The notes below the pieces were generated by a model. The model saw only the letters and a list, made by a program, of their open reading frames with translations. It was not told the DNA's origin and ran no database searches. Positions 44,687 to 53,433 of a DNA stretch of 64,000 nt are shown here, in pieces. The stretch is taken from contig JAGWLG010000012.1 in assembly GCA_028864975.1 (NCBI GenBank), positions 1 through 64,000 on the forward strand, given 5' to 3'. The translations under genes and the position numbers were made by a program. Numbering within the stretch: the first letter of the stretch is position 1; each line of letters begins with the position of its first letter. This stretch comes from Thermoplasmata archaeon. GTDB taxonomy: Archaea; Thermoplasmatota; Thermoplasmata; Lutacidiplasmatales; UBA184.

Positions 44687-44923
44687 CTATCTCGACCACC
44701 CCCCGGCGACGGCGGCGAGTCGCTCAGTCGCCTTCAGCGCCTGCTCCGACCAGCGGAGGAGGTCGGCTTGGCAGTTGTTCCGGGGAGCGTCGACCTGCGT
44801 CCACGACGGGTCCACGCGGCGGAGCAGATCGCTGAGCCGACCGAAGTGGTCCGAGACCCGCGCCAGGCGACGGGCAGCCGGGCGCCTCCCCTGTCGACCA
44901 TCTGCTCCACTCGAATGTCGCAC
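44687..44923 (-). CDS. Possible small helical hypothetical protein (78 aa)
   Basis: From GTG 44923, the amphipathic-looking RRLARVSDHFGRLSDLLRRVDPSW...DLLRWSEQALKATERLAAV. The start is weak. Confidence 0.3.
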   Translation of the reverse strand: MRHSSGADGRQGRRPAARRLARVSDHFGRLSDLLRRVDPSWTQVDAPRNNCQADLLRWSEQALKATERLAAVAGGWSR

Positions 44924-45037
44924 ACCCGCCTTTGGGGGGAGGGAGCAGCGTTTGATTCCGCCTGTGGACGGGTCGCGTCGGGCCAGCGGCGCCTCAGCTC
45001 GGCCAGTTCTAATACGGTGACCGCGCTCGTGACGGCG

Positions 45038-45409
45038 ATGGTCGCCGGTCTGTGCCCCGTCTGTCGCACCATGGAGGTCGCCGAGCGGGAGCGCCGAGCC
45101 GCCAGGGACGAGCTCCACGTCCGTGAGGCGGCCGAGAAGGCTTGGCTCGCCGTCGTCCAGGCCACGGACCAGTACCTCCTGGGCCGCCACGGGGTGCGGG
45201 CACCCCAGGACGAGACCGCCCACCTGTTCCGCAAGCGCACTCTCCGCGACCAAGGCGAGGAAGAGCTCAAGGAGGAGTACAACGCGTTGGAGGGCCTCCT
45301 TCACGGCGACGCGTTCTACTTCGGGGATGTGGGCGAGGTCCCCTCCCTGATGGGGCGGGCCCGCCGGTACGTCGAGCGGACGACCGGCCACAAGGTCGGC
45401 GCCCACTGA
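45038..45409 (+). CDS. PaREP1-family (HEPN-like) protein
   Basis: EAAEKAWLAVVQAT...ALEGLLHGDAFYFG resembles the PaREP1 A.EK.W.A...LH..FY pattern. TTCTAATA lies about 25-30 nt upstream. Confidence 0.68.
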   Translation: MVAGLCPVCRTMEVAERERRAARDELHVREAAEKAWLAVVQATDQYLLGRHGVRAPQDETAHLFRKRTLRDQGEEELKEEYNALEGLLHGDAFYFGDVGEVPSLMGRARRYVERTTGHKVGAH

Positions 45410-45925
45410 CGAACGGCCGGGCCGACGGGGCGAGCCGGTGATCCCCCGGCCCTCCTCGCCCAAGCTGCCGGGTCGCGGCCGCGGACGCCACGGAGCGGGT
45501 CGCCAAGCATGACTACGCCATCAGCCCGCCTTGGGTGAGGTGGGCCTGAGGGGCAGACTCCGCGGTCTTGGGACGCTGAGGCTTGGGGGCGTGTCTGACA
45601 AGTAGGGTTATTCGGGCGACTGGGGGCCCTCCCGGGCACTGGGGGAGAGCCTGCCGCAGCGGCGGTCGATACGCCTAACTCCCGGACTCGGGCAGGAGAG
45701 GAGCCTTGCGAGGTCGTCGGGTCCCCTCTCCGGGACCCCGCTGCGCGAGCCTGCGCCGCGCTTGGACACGAGGGAAGGCCCTGCCGAGCGCAGGTCAGAG
45801 CATCGGATCGCGCACCCCGGCCACGAGCAGGTCGAGGTCATCGCTTCGGGCAAAACCCCTATCTATCCCCCCTTGGTACGCTTTCGCAAGCCTCGGCCCC
45901 ACCCTGGACCGGAGACCCCCTCACG

Positions 45926-47986
45926 ATGGACTCGAACCGCGCGTGGACACTCGTCGGCGCGGTGCTGCTCGTGGCCTTGCTGTCCGCCCCTAAGGTCCCG
46001 GGCCTTCTGCCTGAGAATGTCGGACACGTGGGGATGCCCCGTGCAGGATCCTCCCTTGAGCCACGCTCCGGTGGGGTCCAGAGGCCCCCCTCCTACCCAG
46101 TTGGTCCAGCCCTCGCGGCATCGGTCGCCTCGCCCCAAGCCCCCGAGGTTCCCTCGACGTTGGTCACCGTTCGGTTCCACACCACCCCGCAGCACTGCGG
46201 TACCATCACCTACAACGGAAGCGGCTACGTCAACGGCGGGGCGATCACGACCTCGACCGGTCCCTGGCCCGTCTCCACGACGCCCTGCGCAGGATGGAAA
46301 CAGAAGTACCTGAACGGGACGCAGGGGGTCTCGATCACGGGAGGGACGGCGACGGTCACCGGGAACGGGAACATCAGTGCGACGTTCATGGGTCCCCTCT
46401 ACAACGTCCAGGTGGTGACCAACCCCGCGAACTGCGGGACGGTGACGCTGAACGGTACGCTTACGGGAGGCAACGGGGCAACGCTCCATACTCAGCCGGG
46501 GAACAACTTCCCAGTCACCGCGACCCCCTGCACCGGCTACTACACCTCCGCGCTCACGGCGTCGGGAGGCGTGAGCATTGCGGCCAAGACCGCGACCGTG
46601 ACGGGCAACGGAACGATCTCCGCGGTCTTCCAGCCCCGAAGCTTCAATCTCACCGTCGACTCCACCCCCCAGTACTGCGGAGGGGCCACGGTGGGAGGGG
46701 TGAGCATCCCCTCCGGCGGGACCAAGCTCGTCATCGCCGGGACCTACACCTACGCCGCCTGGGGCTGCGTGGGTTACAACCTGAGCGGGGTCTCGACCTC
46801 GCCGACGAGCACCGTCACGGCGCAGCCGAACCCGTTCCCGTCGACGGGGAACCTCACGGTCCTCTCGGACGGTTTCTTCAACCTCACGTTCATCGCGCAG
46901 ATCTTCACCTTGACCTTCCTCGACCTCCCGGGGAACGCGGGGACGATCCAATTCGCGGGGACGACCTACCGCAACGGCACCACGATCCAGGTCCCGTATG
47001 GGACCGTCGGCACGATCAACGCGCTCCCGGCCCCCCACTGGCGGCCCGCGGGGTCGGACCCGTTCAACCTCTCCCGCGGGATCCGCTGGCAGATCCAGGA
47101 CCAGAGCATCTTCGTGAACGCGAGCGGGGTGGTGAAGGCGTTCTTCGTCCCGATCTATTACACGGTCACGTTCACGACCCCCCAGGCTCCCTGCGCCATC
47201 ACGACGGTGCAGTTCAACACCAGCACGTTCCCTCTCATCGACTCCCACGGCGCCCGTGTGAAGTTCGGGGTCTACTTGGTCACCAACCCCAGCTGTCAAG
47301 GGTTCACCTTTGACAGCTACACCGGCGACGCGAACGTCGGGGTCTCCCAGTACTCCGGGATCGTCTGGGTCAACGGGAGCGGAACGGTCACCGTGAACTT
47401 CTCTCCGAACTGGCTCGTGGTCAGTGGGATCGTCGAGCAGTGGGGAGCGAACTCGCCCGTCAAGGGAGCAAACGTCGTGGTCTTCTATGGCGGGAACCAG
47501 GTGAACTTCAGCGGCCCTACCGGCCCAAGCGGCGCGTGGTCCGTGCTGCTCGTTTACGGACAATACACCGTCAACGCGACGGCGGCCTCGTTCACCTCGG
47601 CTCCTCTCGAGACCTTCTTCGTGAACGGCACTCCCACGGGCATCCAGGGGCTGGTCGTCTGGATCAACGCCACGTTAGGTCTGACCTCGACCCCCCAGGG
47701 GATCGGGGTCCTGGCGACCTACCCGCTGGTCTTGGTCCCCGTCGGCCTCTTCGTCGTGGCCGTCGGAGTGATCGTGGCGTGGCAGATGCAGCGGAAGTGG
47801 AGCCGTAGGGCTCCAGCTTCCGGCGGGCCCCCAACGCCCCCGGCATCACCTCCGGGGGTACCTCCCCGCCCGATGTACGGCGGAGCCCCGGTCCAACAGC
47901 TTCCTCCCGGTCCCTACGGTCGCCCTCCACCCGTCTACGGGCGCCCGGCGGCCCCACCCTACGGTCTTCCCCCGGGCCGCAGGTAG
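45926..47986 (+). CDS. Membrane-anchored surface protein with five InlB-B-like beta repeats, a carboxypeptidase-regulatory-like domain and a P/Y-rich tail
   Basis: Signal peptide, about 75-80 aa repeats ending TVTGNG.ISA.F, many NxS/T sequons, C-terminal TM. Confidence 0.82.
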   Translation: MDSNRAWTLVGAVLLVALLSAPKVPGLLPENVGHVGMPRAGSSLEPRSGGVQRPPSYPVGPALAASVASPQAPEVPSTLVTVRFHTTPQHCGTITYNGSGYVNGGAITTSTGPWPVSTTPCAGWKQKYLNGTQGVSITGGTATVTGNGNISATFMGPLYNVQVVTNPANCGTVTLNGTLTGGNGATLHTQPGNNFPVTATPCTGYYTSALTASGGVSIAAKTATVTGNGTISAVFQPRSFNLTVDSTPQYCGGATVGGVSIPSGGTKLVIAGTYTYAAWGCVGYNLSGVSTSPTSTVTAQPNPFPSTGNLTVLSDGFFNLTFIAQIFTLTFLDLPGNAGTIQFAGTTYRNGTTIQVPYGTVGTINALPAPHWRPAGSDPFNLSRGIRWQIQDQSIFVNASGVVKAFFVPIYYTVTFTTPQAPCAITTVQFNTSTFPLIDSHGARVKFGVYLVTNPSCQGFTFDSYTGDANVGVSQYSGIVWVNGSGTVTVNFSPNWLVVSGIVEQWGANSPVKGANVVVFYGGNQVNFSGPTGPSGAWSVLLVYGQYTVNATAASFTSAPLETFFVNGTPTGIQGLVVWINATLGLTSTPQGIGVLATYPLVLVPVGLFVVAVGVIVAWQMQRKWSRRAPASGGPPTPPASPPGVPPRPMYGGAPVQQLPPGPYGRPPPVYGRPAAPPYGLPPGRR

Positions 47987-48006
47987 GTGGCGTTCGCGGC
48001 CGCGAC

Positions 48007-48648
48007 CTATAGCGGGCGCCGCCAAGCGTCCCCTTGGAGATACCGGCGGTCCTCGTTCCGACCCGCTAAGATCCCTTCCCCGCGACTTCGCAGCCCCTGA
48101 CCGAATCTCAGGAGGTCCTCCGAGGCTCCGGAGTTGAGCTCGCAGAGGTCATCGAGCAGGCCGGCCACCGCGCGAGGGTCGTTACGGACCAGCGCGTCGG
48201 AAGAGAGCCGCAGGTTCGTGGACCTCTCGCCCATCTCGGAGAGGCGGGTGCGGATCCTTCGGGGCTCTTCGCCGCCCGCGGCGAAAAGCGGATGGCGGGA
48301 GAGGGACTGGAGCCGGGCCCCGAGCTCCCCCTGCCGCTCCAAGAGCGCCCGTAGGGAGGCCCGGACCGAGGTCAGCTCCTCCGAGGGGGAGCGCGCTTCG
48401 CGCGGTTGGGGGGTCGGCGCCCAGGAACGTTTCGGGCGCTGCGGGCGCCCCCGGGAGTGTTCTGGGGCACCTCCCTCTGGCTTCGGGGGCTTCTCCTGCG
48501 CGACCTGAGCGACGCGGAGACGCTCGTAGAGGTTCCGGTAGGATTGTGCGAGGAGCGAGACCTCCTCGGACAAGGCCGCGACCCGCTGTCCTAGGTCGCG
48601 GAGGTCCTCTCCGCTCTGGCGAAGGTCCTCCCGACCCACCGCGGGCAC
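48007..48648 (-). CDS. Hypothetical coiled-coil protein
   Basis: ATG with TAAAAA about 40 nt upstream. Heptad-like L/E/R-rich segments. Confidence 0.55.
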   Translation of the reverse strand: MPAVGREDLRQSGEDLRDLGQRVAALSEEVSLLAQSYRNLYERLRVAQVAQEKPPKPEGGAPEHSRGRPQRPKRSWAPTPQPREARSPSEELTSVRASLRALLERQGELGARLQSLSRHPLFAAGGEEPRRIRTRLSEMGERSTNLRLSSDALVRNDPRAVAGLLDDLCELNSGASEDLLRFGQGLRSRGEGILAGRNEDRRYLQGDAWRRPL

Positions 48649-48744
48649 TCGGCGTCCCCCCTGGTGACGAATACGTGGGATAGTTTTTAGGACATTTCGG
48701 TCCGGGCAACGCCCCCTGCCGGGCGACCTCGGGAGGGCTTCGGG

Positions 48745-49458
48745 TCATCCCGGGGTCCCGAAGAGCTCCTTCCATGCCCCGACGACCCTCGGGACGACCT
48801 CGGAGCGGGCCACGGGCCGCTTGAGCTCGCGCTCCATCGAGGTCATGATCCTCCCTTCGAACCCGCAGGGATGGAAGCGCTCGAAGAAGCGAAGGTCGGT
48901 CGAGATGTTGAGGGCGAAGCCGTGGAAGGTGACCCACTCCTCGACCGCCACCCCCACGGAGGCGATCTTCCGCTCCCCCGCGACCCAAACGCCCCGCTTT
49001 CCCGCGACGCGGGAGGCCGCGATCCCGTAAGGAAGGATGGCGCGAGCGACCATCTCCTCCAGCTCGTGAACGAACCGTCGCACGTCCCTCCCCCGAGGGG
49101 TCAGGTCGACGATGGGATAGCCGACGAGCTGGCCGGGGCCGTGGAAGGTGGACTTCCCCCCCCGTTCGATATGGTAGACCGGAAGGTCCTCGGGAAGGAC
49201 GTCCCCGTCCGACCCCTGGACCCCCACGGTGATGACCGGTTCATGCTCGACCAGCAACAGCGTGTCCCCGATGTTGCCCGCACGCCGGGATCGTCGAAGC
49301 TCCCGCATCAGGTCCCAGACCTCCTGGTAGGGTCGGTGGCCCAGGTCCCTCACTTCGGGTAGGGGGGACGGGGAGGGGAGGGAGTGGGGAACGCACCGGG
49401 AGGGTGATGGAAGGGGTCTGGGGGAGGGGGCGCTCCCCCCTTCGCTATCGGCGACCAT
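48745..49458 (-). CDS. lipB: Lipoyl(octanoyl) transferase
   Basis: LLLVEHEPVITVG, RGGKSTFHGPGQLVGYP, KIASVGV, HGFALN, PCG. Confidence 0.92.
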   Translation of the reverse strand: MVADSEGGSAPSPRPLPSPSRCVPHSLPSPSPLPEVRDLGHRPYQEVWDLMRELRRSRRAGNIGDTLLLVEHEPVITVGVQGSDGDVLPEDLPVYHIERGGKSTFHGPGQLVGYPIVDLTPRGRDVRRFVHELEEMVARAILPYGIAASRVAGKRGVWVAGERKIASVGVAVEEWVTFHGFALNISTDLRFFERFHPCGFEGRIMTSMERELKRPVARSEVVPRVVGAWKELFGTPG

Positions 49459-50881
49459 GGGCCGAGGGGGGGAGGGCGACGTGCATCGGTTCGCCCAGCC
49501 AGAGCATCGCGACCTCCTGCAAGAGCTCCGCGAAGGTGGGATGGGGATGGATGGTGCCCGCGAGGTCCCTCACGGTCGCTCCCATCTCGATGGCGAAGGC
49601 GACTTCGCTCACGAACTCCCCCGACACGTGTCCCGCCGCGTGGGCTCCGAGCACGAGCCCGGATCCCTCCTCCGCGAGCAGCTTCACGAACCCCTGGGTG
49701 GCGTGGCTCGCGTGGGCCCTGCCCAGGGCCGCGTACGGGAACTTCACCTCCCGTGCCGTGAGGCCTTGCTCCCGTGCTTGGGGGAGCGTGAGCCCGACCG
49801 TCGCCAGTTCCGGGTCCGTGTAGACGACCGACGGCACGGCCTGGTGGCTCCAACTGGAAGGGGATCCTGCGATCACTTCGGCGGCCACGCGTCCCTCTCG
49901 GTAGGCCTTGTGAGCCACCATCGGGGGGCGGGCCAGGTCCCCGACGGCATAGATCCCCGGGACGTTCGTCGCCATACGGTCGTCGACCGCGACGAAACCT
50001 CCGCGCTCAGCGAGCTTGACGCCGGCGGTCTCGAGCCCCAGGCCGCGGGTCTCGGGGCGTTTGCCCACCGTAAGGAAGAGGAGGTCGCCTTCCAAGGACG
50101 CCGGGCCTTGAGGGGTCTTGGCGTGGAGCACGATGCCGTTCTCCTTGCGCTCGAGGGACTCGGCGCGGGATTCCGTGTGGACGACCACCCCTCTTCGCTC
50201 GAGCGATCTCCGCAGCTCCTGGGAGAGGTCGGCGTCCAGACCCGGCACGAGCTGAGGCATCATCTCCACGACGACGACCTGGCTCCCCAGCCTGGCGTAG
50301 TGCTCTCCTAGTTCGACCCCGCTCACACCGCCTCCGAGGACGACCAGCCTCGACGGCACCGCTTGAAGCAGGAGAAGGTCCTTGGCGGTCAGCACGCGCT
50401 TGCCGTCCGGCTCGAACCCGGGGAGGCTCAAGTGGTAGGCCCCGGTGGCGAGGATGCAGGCCTGGAAGGTGACCTCCTCCCGGCCCCCCGGAAGCTCCTT
50501 GCCCTCGAGGAGGGCGCTGTTCGGTCCCGTGAGGCGTCCGGTCGCGCGCACCCAGCTCGCTCCGGCTGCGCGGAGGAGGGTCTCGATGCCCTTGCGCTCC
50601 TTTTCCAGGATCGACTCGCGCCAACGCTGCGTCGCGGGGAGGTCCAGCGTGGGCGCGGGGGCCGCGAGCCCCATCTCGGCCCCCGAGCGACGGACCTCGT
50701 CGTAGAGCTCGGAGGTGTGGATCAGCGCTTTCGAAGGGATGCAGCCACGGTTGAGGCACTCTCCCCCTAGCTCTTCCTTTTCCACGAGGAAGGGCTTCCG
50801 CCCGAGCTGCCCTAGTCGGAGCGCGGCGACGTAGCCCCCCGGACCGCCGCCCAAGATCAGAACGTCCACCTCGCGGGTCAC
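49445..50881 (-). CDS. lpdA: Dihydrolipoyl dehydrogenase (E3)
   Basis: GGGPGGY, GGECLNRGCIPSK (redox disulfide), GGGVSGVE, HPHPTFAE. GTG 50881 overlaps the upstream stop. Confidence 0.95.
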   Translation of the reverse strand: MTREVDVLILGGGPGGYVAALRLGQLGRKPFLVEKEELGGECLNRGCIPSKALIHTSELYDEVRRSGAEMGLAAPAPTLDLPATQRWRESILEKERKGIETLLRAAGASWVRATGRLTGPNSALLEGKELPGGREEVTFQACILATGAYHLSLPGFEPDGKRVLTAKDLLLLQAVPSRLVVLGGGVSGVELGEHYARLGSQVVVVEMMPQLVPGLDADLSQELRRSLERRGVVVHTESRAESLERKENGIVLHAKTPQGPASLEGDLLFLTVGKRPETRGLGLETAGVKLAERGGFVAVDDRMATNVPGIYAVGDLARPPMVAHKAYREGRVAAEVIAGSPSSWSHQAVPSVVYTDPELATVGLTLPQAREQGLTAREVKFPYAALGRAHASHATQGFVKLLAEEGSGLVLGAHAAGHVSGEFVSEVAFAIEMGATVRDLAGTIHPHPTFAELLQEVAMLWLGEPMHVALPPSAHGRR

Positions 50882-52029
50882 GGGAAGTTCCCTCCTTGCT
50901 CCTTGTCGAAGCTGTCCCGTTCCTCGGTCAGCGGCCAGGCGGGAACCTTCAAGGTGTCCTCGAAGAGCGAGTCGGTCCTGGGCGGAGGCATGACCTCCGC
51001 CTCCTGGATGGCCGTGCGGACCTTGGCGTCGAGGTCGGCGCGCAGGGCTTCGCGCTCCGAAGCCGGGAAGACGCCCAGCTTCTCGAGCATGGCCTCGAAA
51101 CGCCCGAGGGGATCGTAGGCCTTGGCCTTCTCCATCCATCCCTTCGGCTGGTAGCGGGAGGGGTCGTCGGACGAGGAGTGAGGGGTGAGCCGGTAGAGGA
51201 CCGATTCGATCAGCTCCGGACCCGCCCCAGAGAGCACGCGGGCCCTCGCCGCGGAAAGCGTCGTGAACACCTCGACCACGTCGGTGCCGTCGATGCGGCG
51301 GCCCGGGAACCCATACCCGTCCGCCTTGGTCGCGAAGGAGGGCGCGGCGGTCTGCTTCTCGTTCGGGACGCTGATCGCCCACTGGTTGTTCGTGCAGACG
51401 AAGAGGACCGGGAGTTTCCAGACCCCCGCGAAGTTCATCCCGGAGTGGAAGTCGTTGGCCGAGGTCGCGCCGTCGCCGAAGAAGGCCCAGGAGACGGCCG
51501 GCTCCTTCCGAAGCTGGATCCCGTACGCCGTCCCCACGGCATGGATGATCTGCGTGCCGATCGTGCTCGACATGGAAGCGTATCGGACCTCGCGCGCCGA
51601 AGGGTGGCAGGGCATCTGGCGACCGCGTGCCGTGTCGAGGTCGTTCCCGAACAGATGGTGGGCGTAGAGGGTCAGGTCGAGCCCTCGCAGGAGCGCAATG
51701 AGCTGCTCGCGCAATCCAGGGAATACCCAGTCCTGGCCGGACATGCACATCGCGGCCCCGACGCTCGTGGCCTCTTGTCCGGTCGCGGGACCGTAGAACC
51801 CCACGCGCCCCTGACGTTGCAGCCCGAGCATCCGGGTGTCCAGTACGCGGCCCAGGAGCATCCCGCGGTACATCTGGTGCAGCCGCTCTTCCCACGGAGG
51901 TCCAAGGCGGTCGCTGAGCTCCTTCTTCCCATACGGCAGAGGGACGATCTCTAGAGGAGGGACGGCGGGAACCCGCGGTGCTCCGTCAGCGGGAGACGCG
52001 GTGGGGGCGGAGGGCTCGGCCGGGGGCAT
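50878..52029 (-). CDS. pdhA: 2-oxoacid dehydrogenase E1 alpha subunit, second copy
   Basis: LQRQGRVGFY, GDGATS, NNQWAIS, YRLTPHSSSDDP. Confidence 0.92.
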   Translation of the reverse strand: MPPAEPSAPTASPADGAPRVPAVPPLEIVPLPYGKKELSDRLGPPWEERLHQMYRGMLLGRVLDTRMLGLQRQGRVGFYGPATGQEATSVGAAMCMSGQDWVFPGLREQLIALLRGLDLTLYAHHLFGNDLDTARGRQMPCHPSAREVRYASMSSTIGTQIIHAVGTAYGIQLRKEPAVSWAFFGDGATSANDFHSGMNFAGVWKLPVLFVCTNNQWAISVPNEKQTAAPSFATKADGYGFPGRRIDGTDVVEVFTTLSAARARVLSGAGPELIESVLYRLTPHSSSDDPSRYQPKGWMEKAKAYDPLGRFEAMLEKLGVFPASEREALRADLDAKVRTAIQEAEVMPPPRTDSLFEDTLKVPAWPLTEERDSFDKEQGGNFP

Positions 52030-52041
52030 CGAGCAGGACCC

Positions 52042-53409
52042 CTAGGCCATCTCCAGGAAGAGCTGGTGAGGGTCCTCCAGGTGGCTTTTCACCACCGCGA
52101 GGAACTCCGCGCCCGTGATCCCGTCCAGGACACGGTGGTCCAGCGTGACCGAGAGGTTCATCAGGTGCGCCGGGACGATGGAGCCGTCCGCGGCGTACAC
52201 CGGGCGCTTCGAGATCTTGTGGACCCCGAGGATCGCGACCTCGGGATAGTTCAGGATAGGGGTCGCGAGCACGCCCCCCAAGGCCCCCAGGCTCGTGATC
52301 GAGAACGTGCTCCCCGAGAGCTCCTCCCGCAAGAGCTTCCCGGCCTTGCCGCGCTCGGAGAGGTCCTGGATCTCCCGGGCCAGTGCCGTGATGCTCTTTC
52401 GGTCCGCATCGCGGACCACAGGAACGATGAGGCCGTCGGGGGCCGCCGCGGCGATGCCCATGTTGTAGTACTTGCAGAGGACGATCTCTTGTTTGGCGTC
52501 GTCGACGTAGGCGTTCATCGAGGGGTGCGCCTTGAGCCCCTGGACCACCGCCTTGACGATGAACGGCAGGTAGGAGAGCTGGACGCCCTTCTCCTCGAGC
52601 CGCTTCTTCGACTTCTCGCGGACGCGGACGAGCTCGCTGACGTCCACCTCCTCGACGTAGGTGAAGTTCGCGGCCCGGGCGTGCGAGATGGCCATGTGCT
52701 CGGCGATCACGCGGCGGAGCCCTCGGATCTGCACGCGGGTCTGGAGCGGACCCGGGGCGGCGGGAATGGCGACGGGGGCGGGAGCCGGAGCCGAGGGGAT
52801 CGGCACATCGACCCGGGAGGGAGGCGCGTGAGACGATGGGGAGGTCGCGGGGACCGCGACGGCGGAGGCCGAAGCCGAAGCCCCCACCGATCCGCCCTTT
52901 GCAAACGCGTCAAGGTCCGTGTCGGTGACCCTGCCTTGAGGGCCGGTCCCGCGCACCTGAGAGAGATCGATCCTCAACTGTGCCGCTCGGTGGCGGACGG
53001 CGGGGGATGCCAGGACCCGTCCGCCGGCGGAGGATACGCCCTGCGCTGGGGCCGTAGAAGGCGAGATGGGAGGCGAAGGGGAACTGGCGGCGGAGGGGGA
53101 GGCGGCGACCGCCCCACCGGCCCCGTGACCGTGGGAGGGGGCCGCCACGGGCGGCGCCGATCCTCCGCCGCCCGCCTCTTCGATGGAGACGAGAAGACCC
53201 CCCACCTTCACCACTTCACCCTCCTTAGCGTGGAGCGAGAGGACCCTCCCCGTGCGAGGAGAGGGGATCTCGACGTTCGCCTTGTCGGTGAGGACGCTGA
53301 CGAGAGGTTGGTCCTCCTTGACGGAGTCGCCCGCCTTGACGTGCCACGCGACGACCTCCCCTTCGGCGACCCCCTCACCGATGTCGGGGAGACGGAACTC
53401 GAAGACCAT
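52042..53409 (-). CDS. pdhC: Dihydrolipoamide acyltransferase (E2), single lipoyl domain
   Basis: LPDIGEGVAEGE, TDKANVEI (lipoyl-Lys), GTGPQGRV, DHRVLDG. The SD spacing favours ATG 53409. Confidence 0.94.
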   Translation of the reverse strand: MVFEFRLPDIGEGVAEGEVVAWHVKAGDSVKEDQPLVSVLTDKANVEIPSPRTGRVLSLHAKEGEVVKVGGLLVSIEEAGGGGSAPPVAAPSHGHGAGGAVAASPSAASSPSPPISPSTAPAQGVSSAGGRVLASPAVRHRAAQLRIDLSQVRGTGPQGRVTDTDLDAFAKGGSVGASASASAVAVPATSPSSHAPPSRVDVPIPSAPAPAPVAIPAAPGPLQTRVQIRGLRRVIAEHMAISHARAANFTYVEEVDVSELVRVREKSKKRLEEKGVQLSYLPFIVKAVVQGLKAHPSMNAYVDDAKQEIVLCKYYNMGIAAAAPDGLIVPVVRDADRKSITALAREIQDLSERGKAGKLLREELSGSTFSITSLGALGGVLATPILNYPEVAILGVHKISKRPVYAADGSIVPAHLMNLSVTLDHRVLDGITGAEFLAVVKSHLEDPHQLFLEMA

Positions 53410-53433
53410 CGTGGCCACCCCTCCGGACCCGTC

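Noticed and set aside
45790-45900. Minus-strand GFARSDDLDLLV resembling a nucleotidyltransferase partner for the PaREP1 gene
   Set aside because: No usable start, a stop follows within 9 codons, and the GS motif is absent.
25292-45925. SRP RNA or RNase P RNA calls in the three long gaps
   Set aside because: Neither the SRP helix-8 motif (CAGG-stem-GNRA-AGCA) nor a pairable RNase P CR-I/CR-V was found by eye. The gaps are kept only as unassigned candidates.
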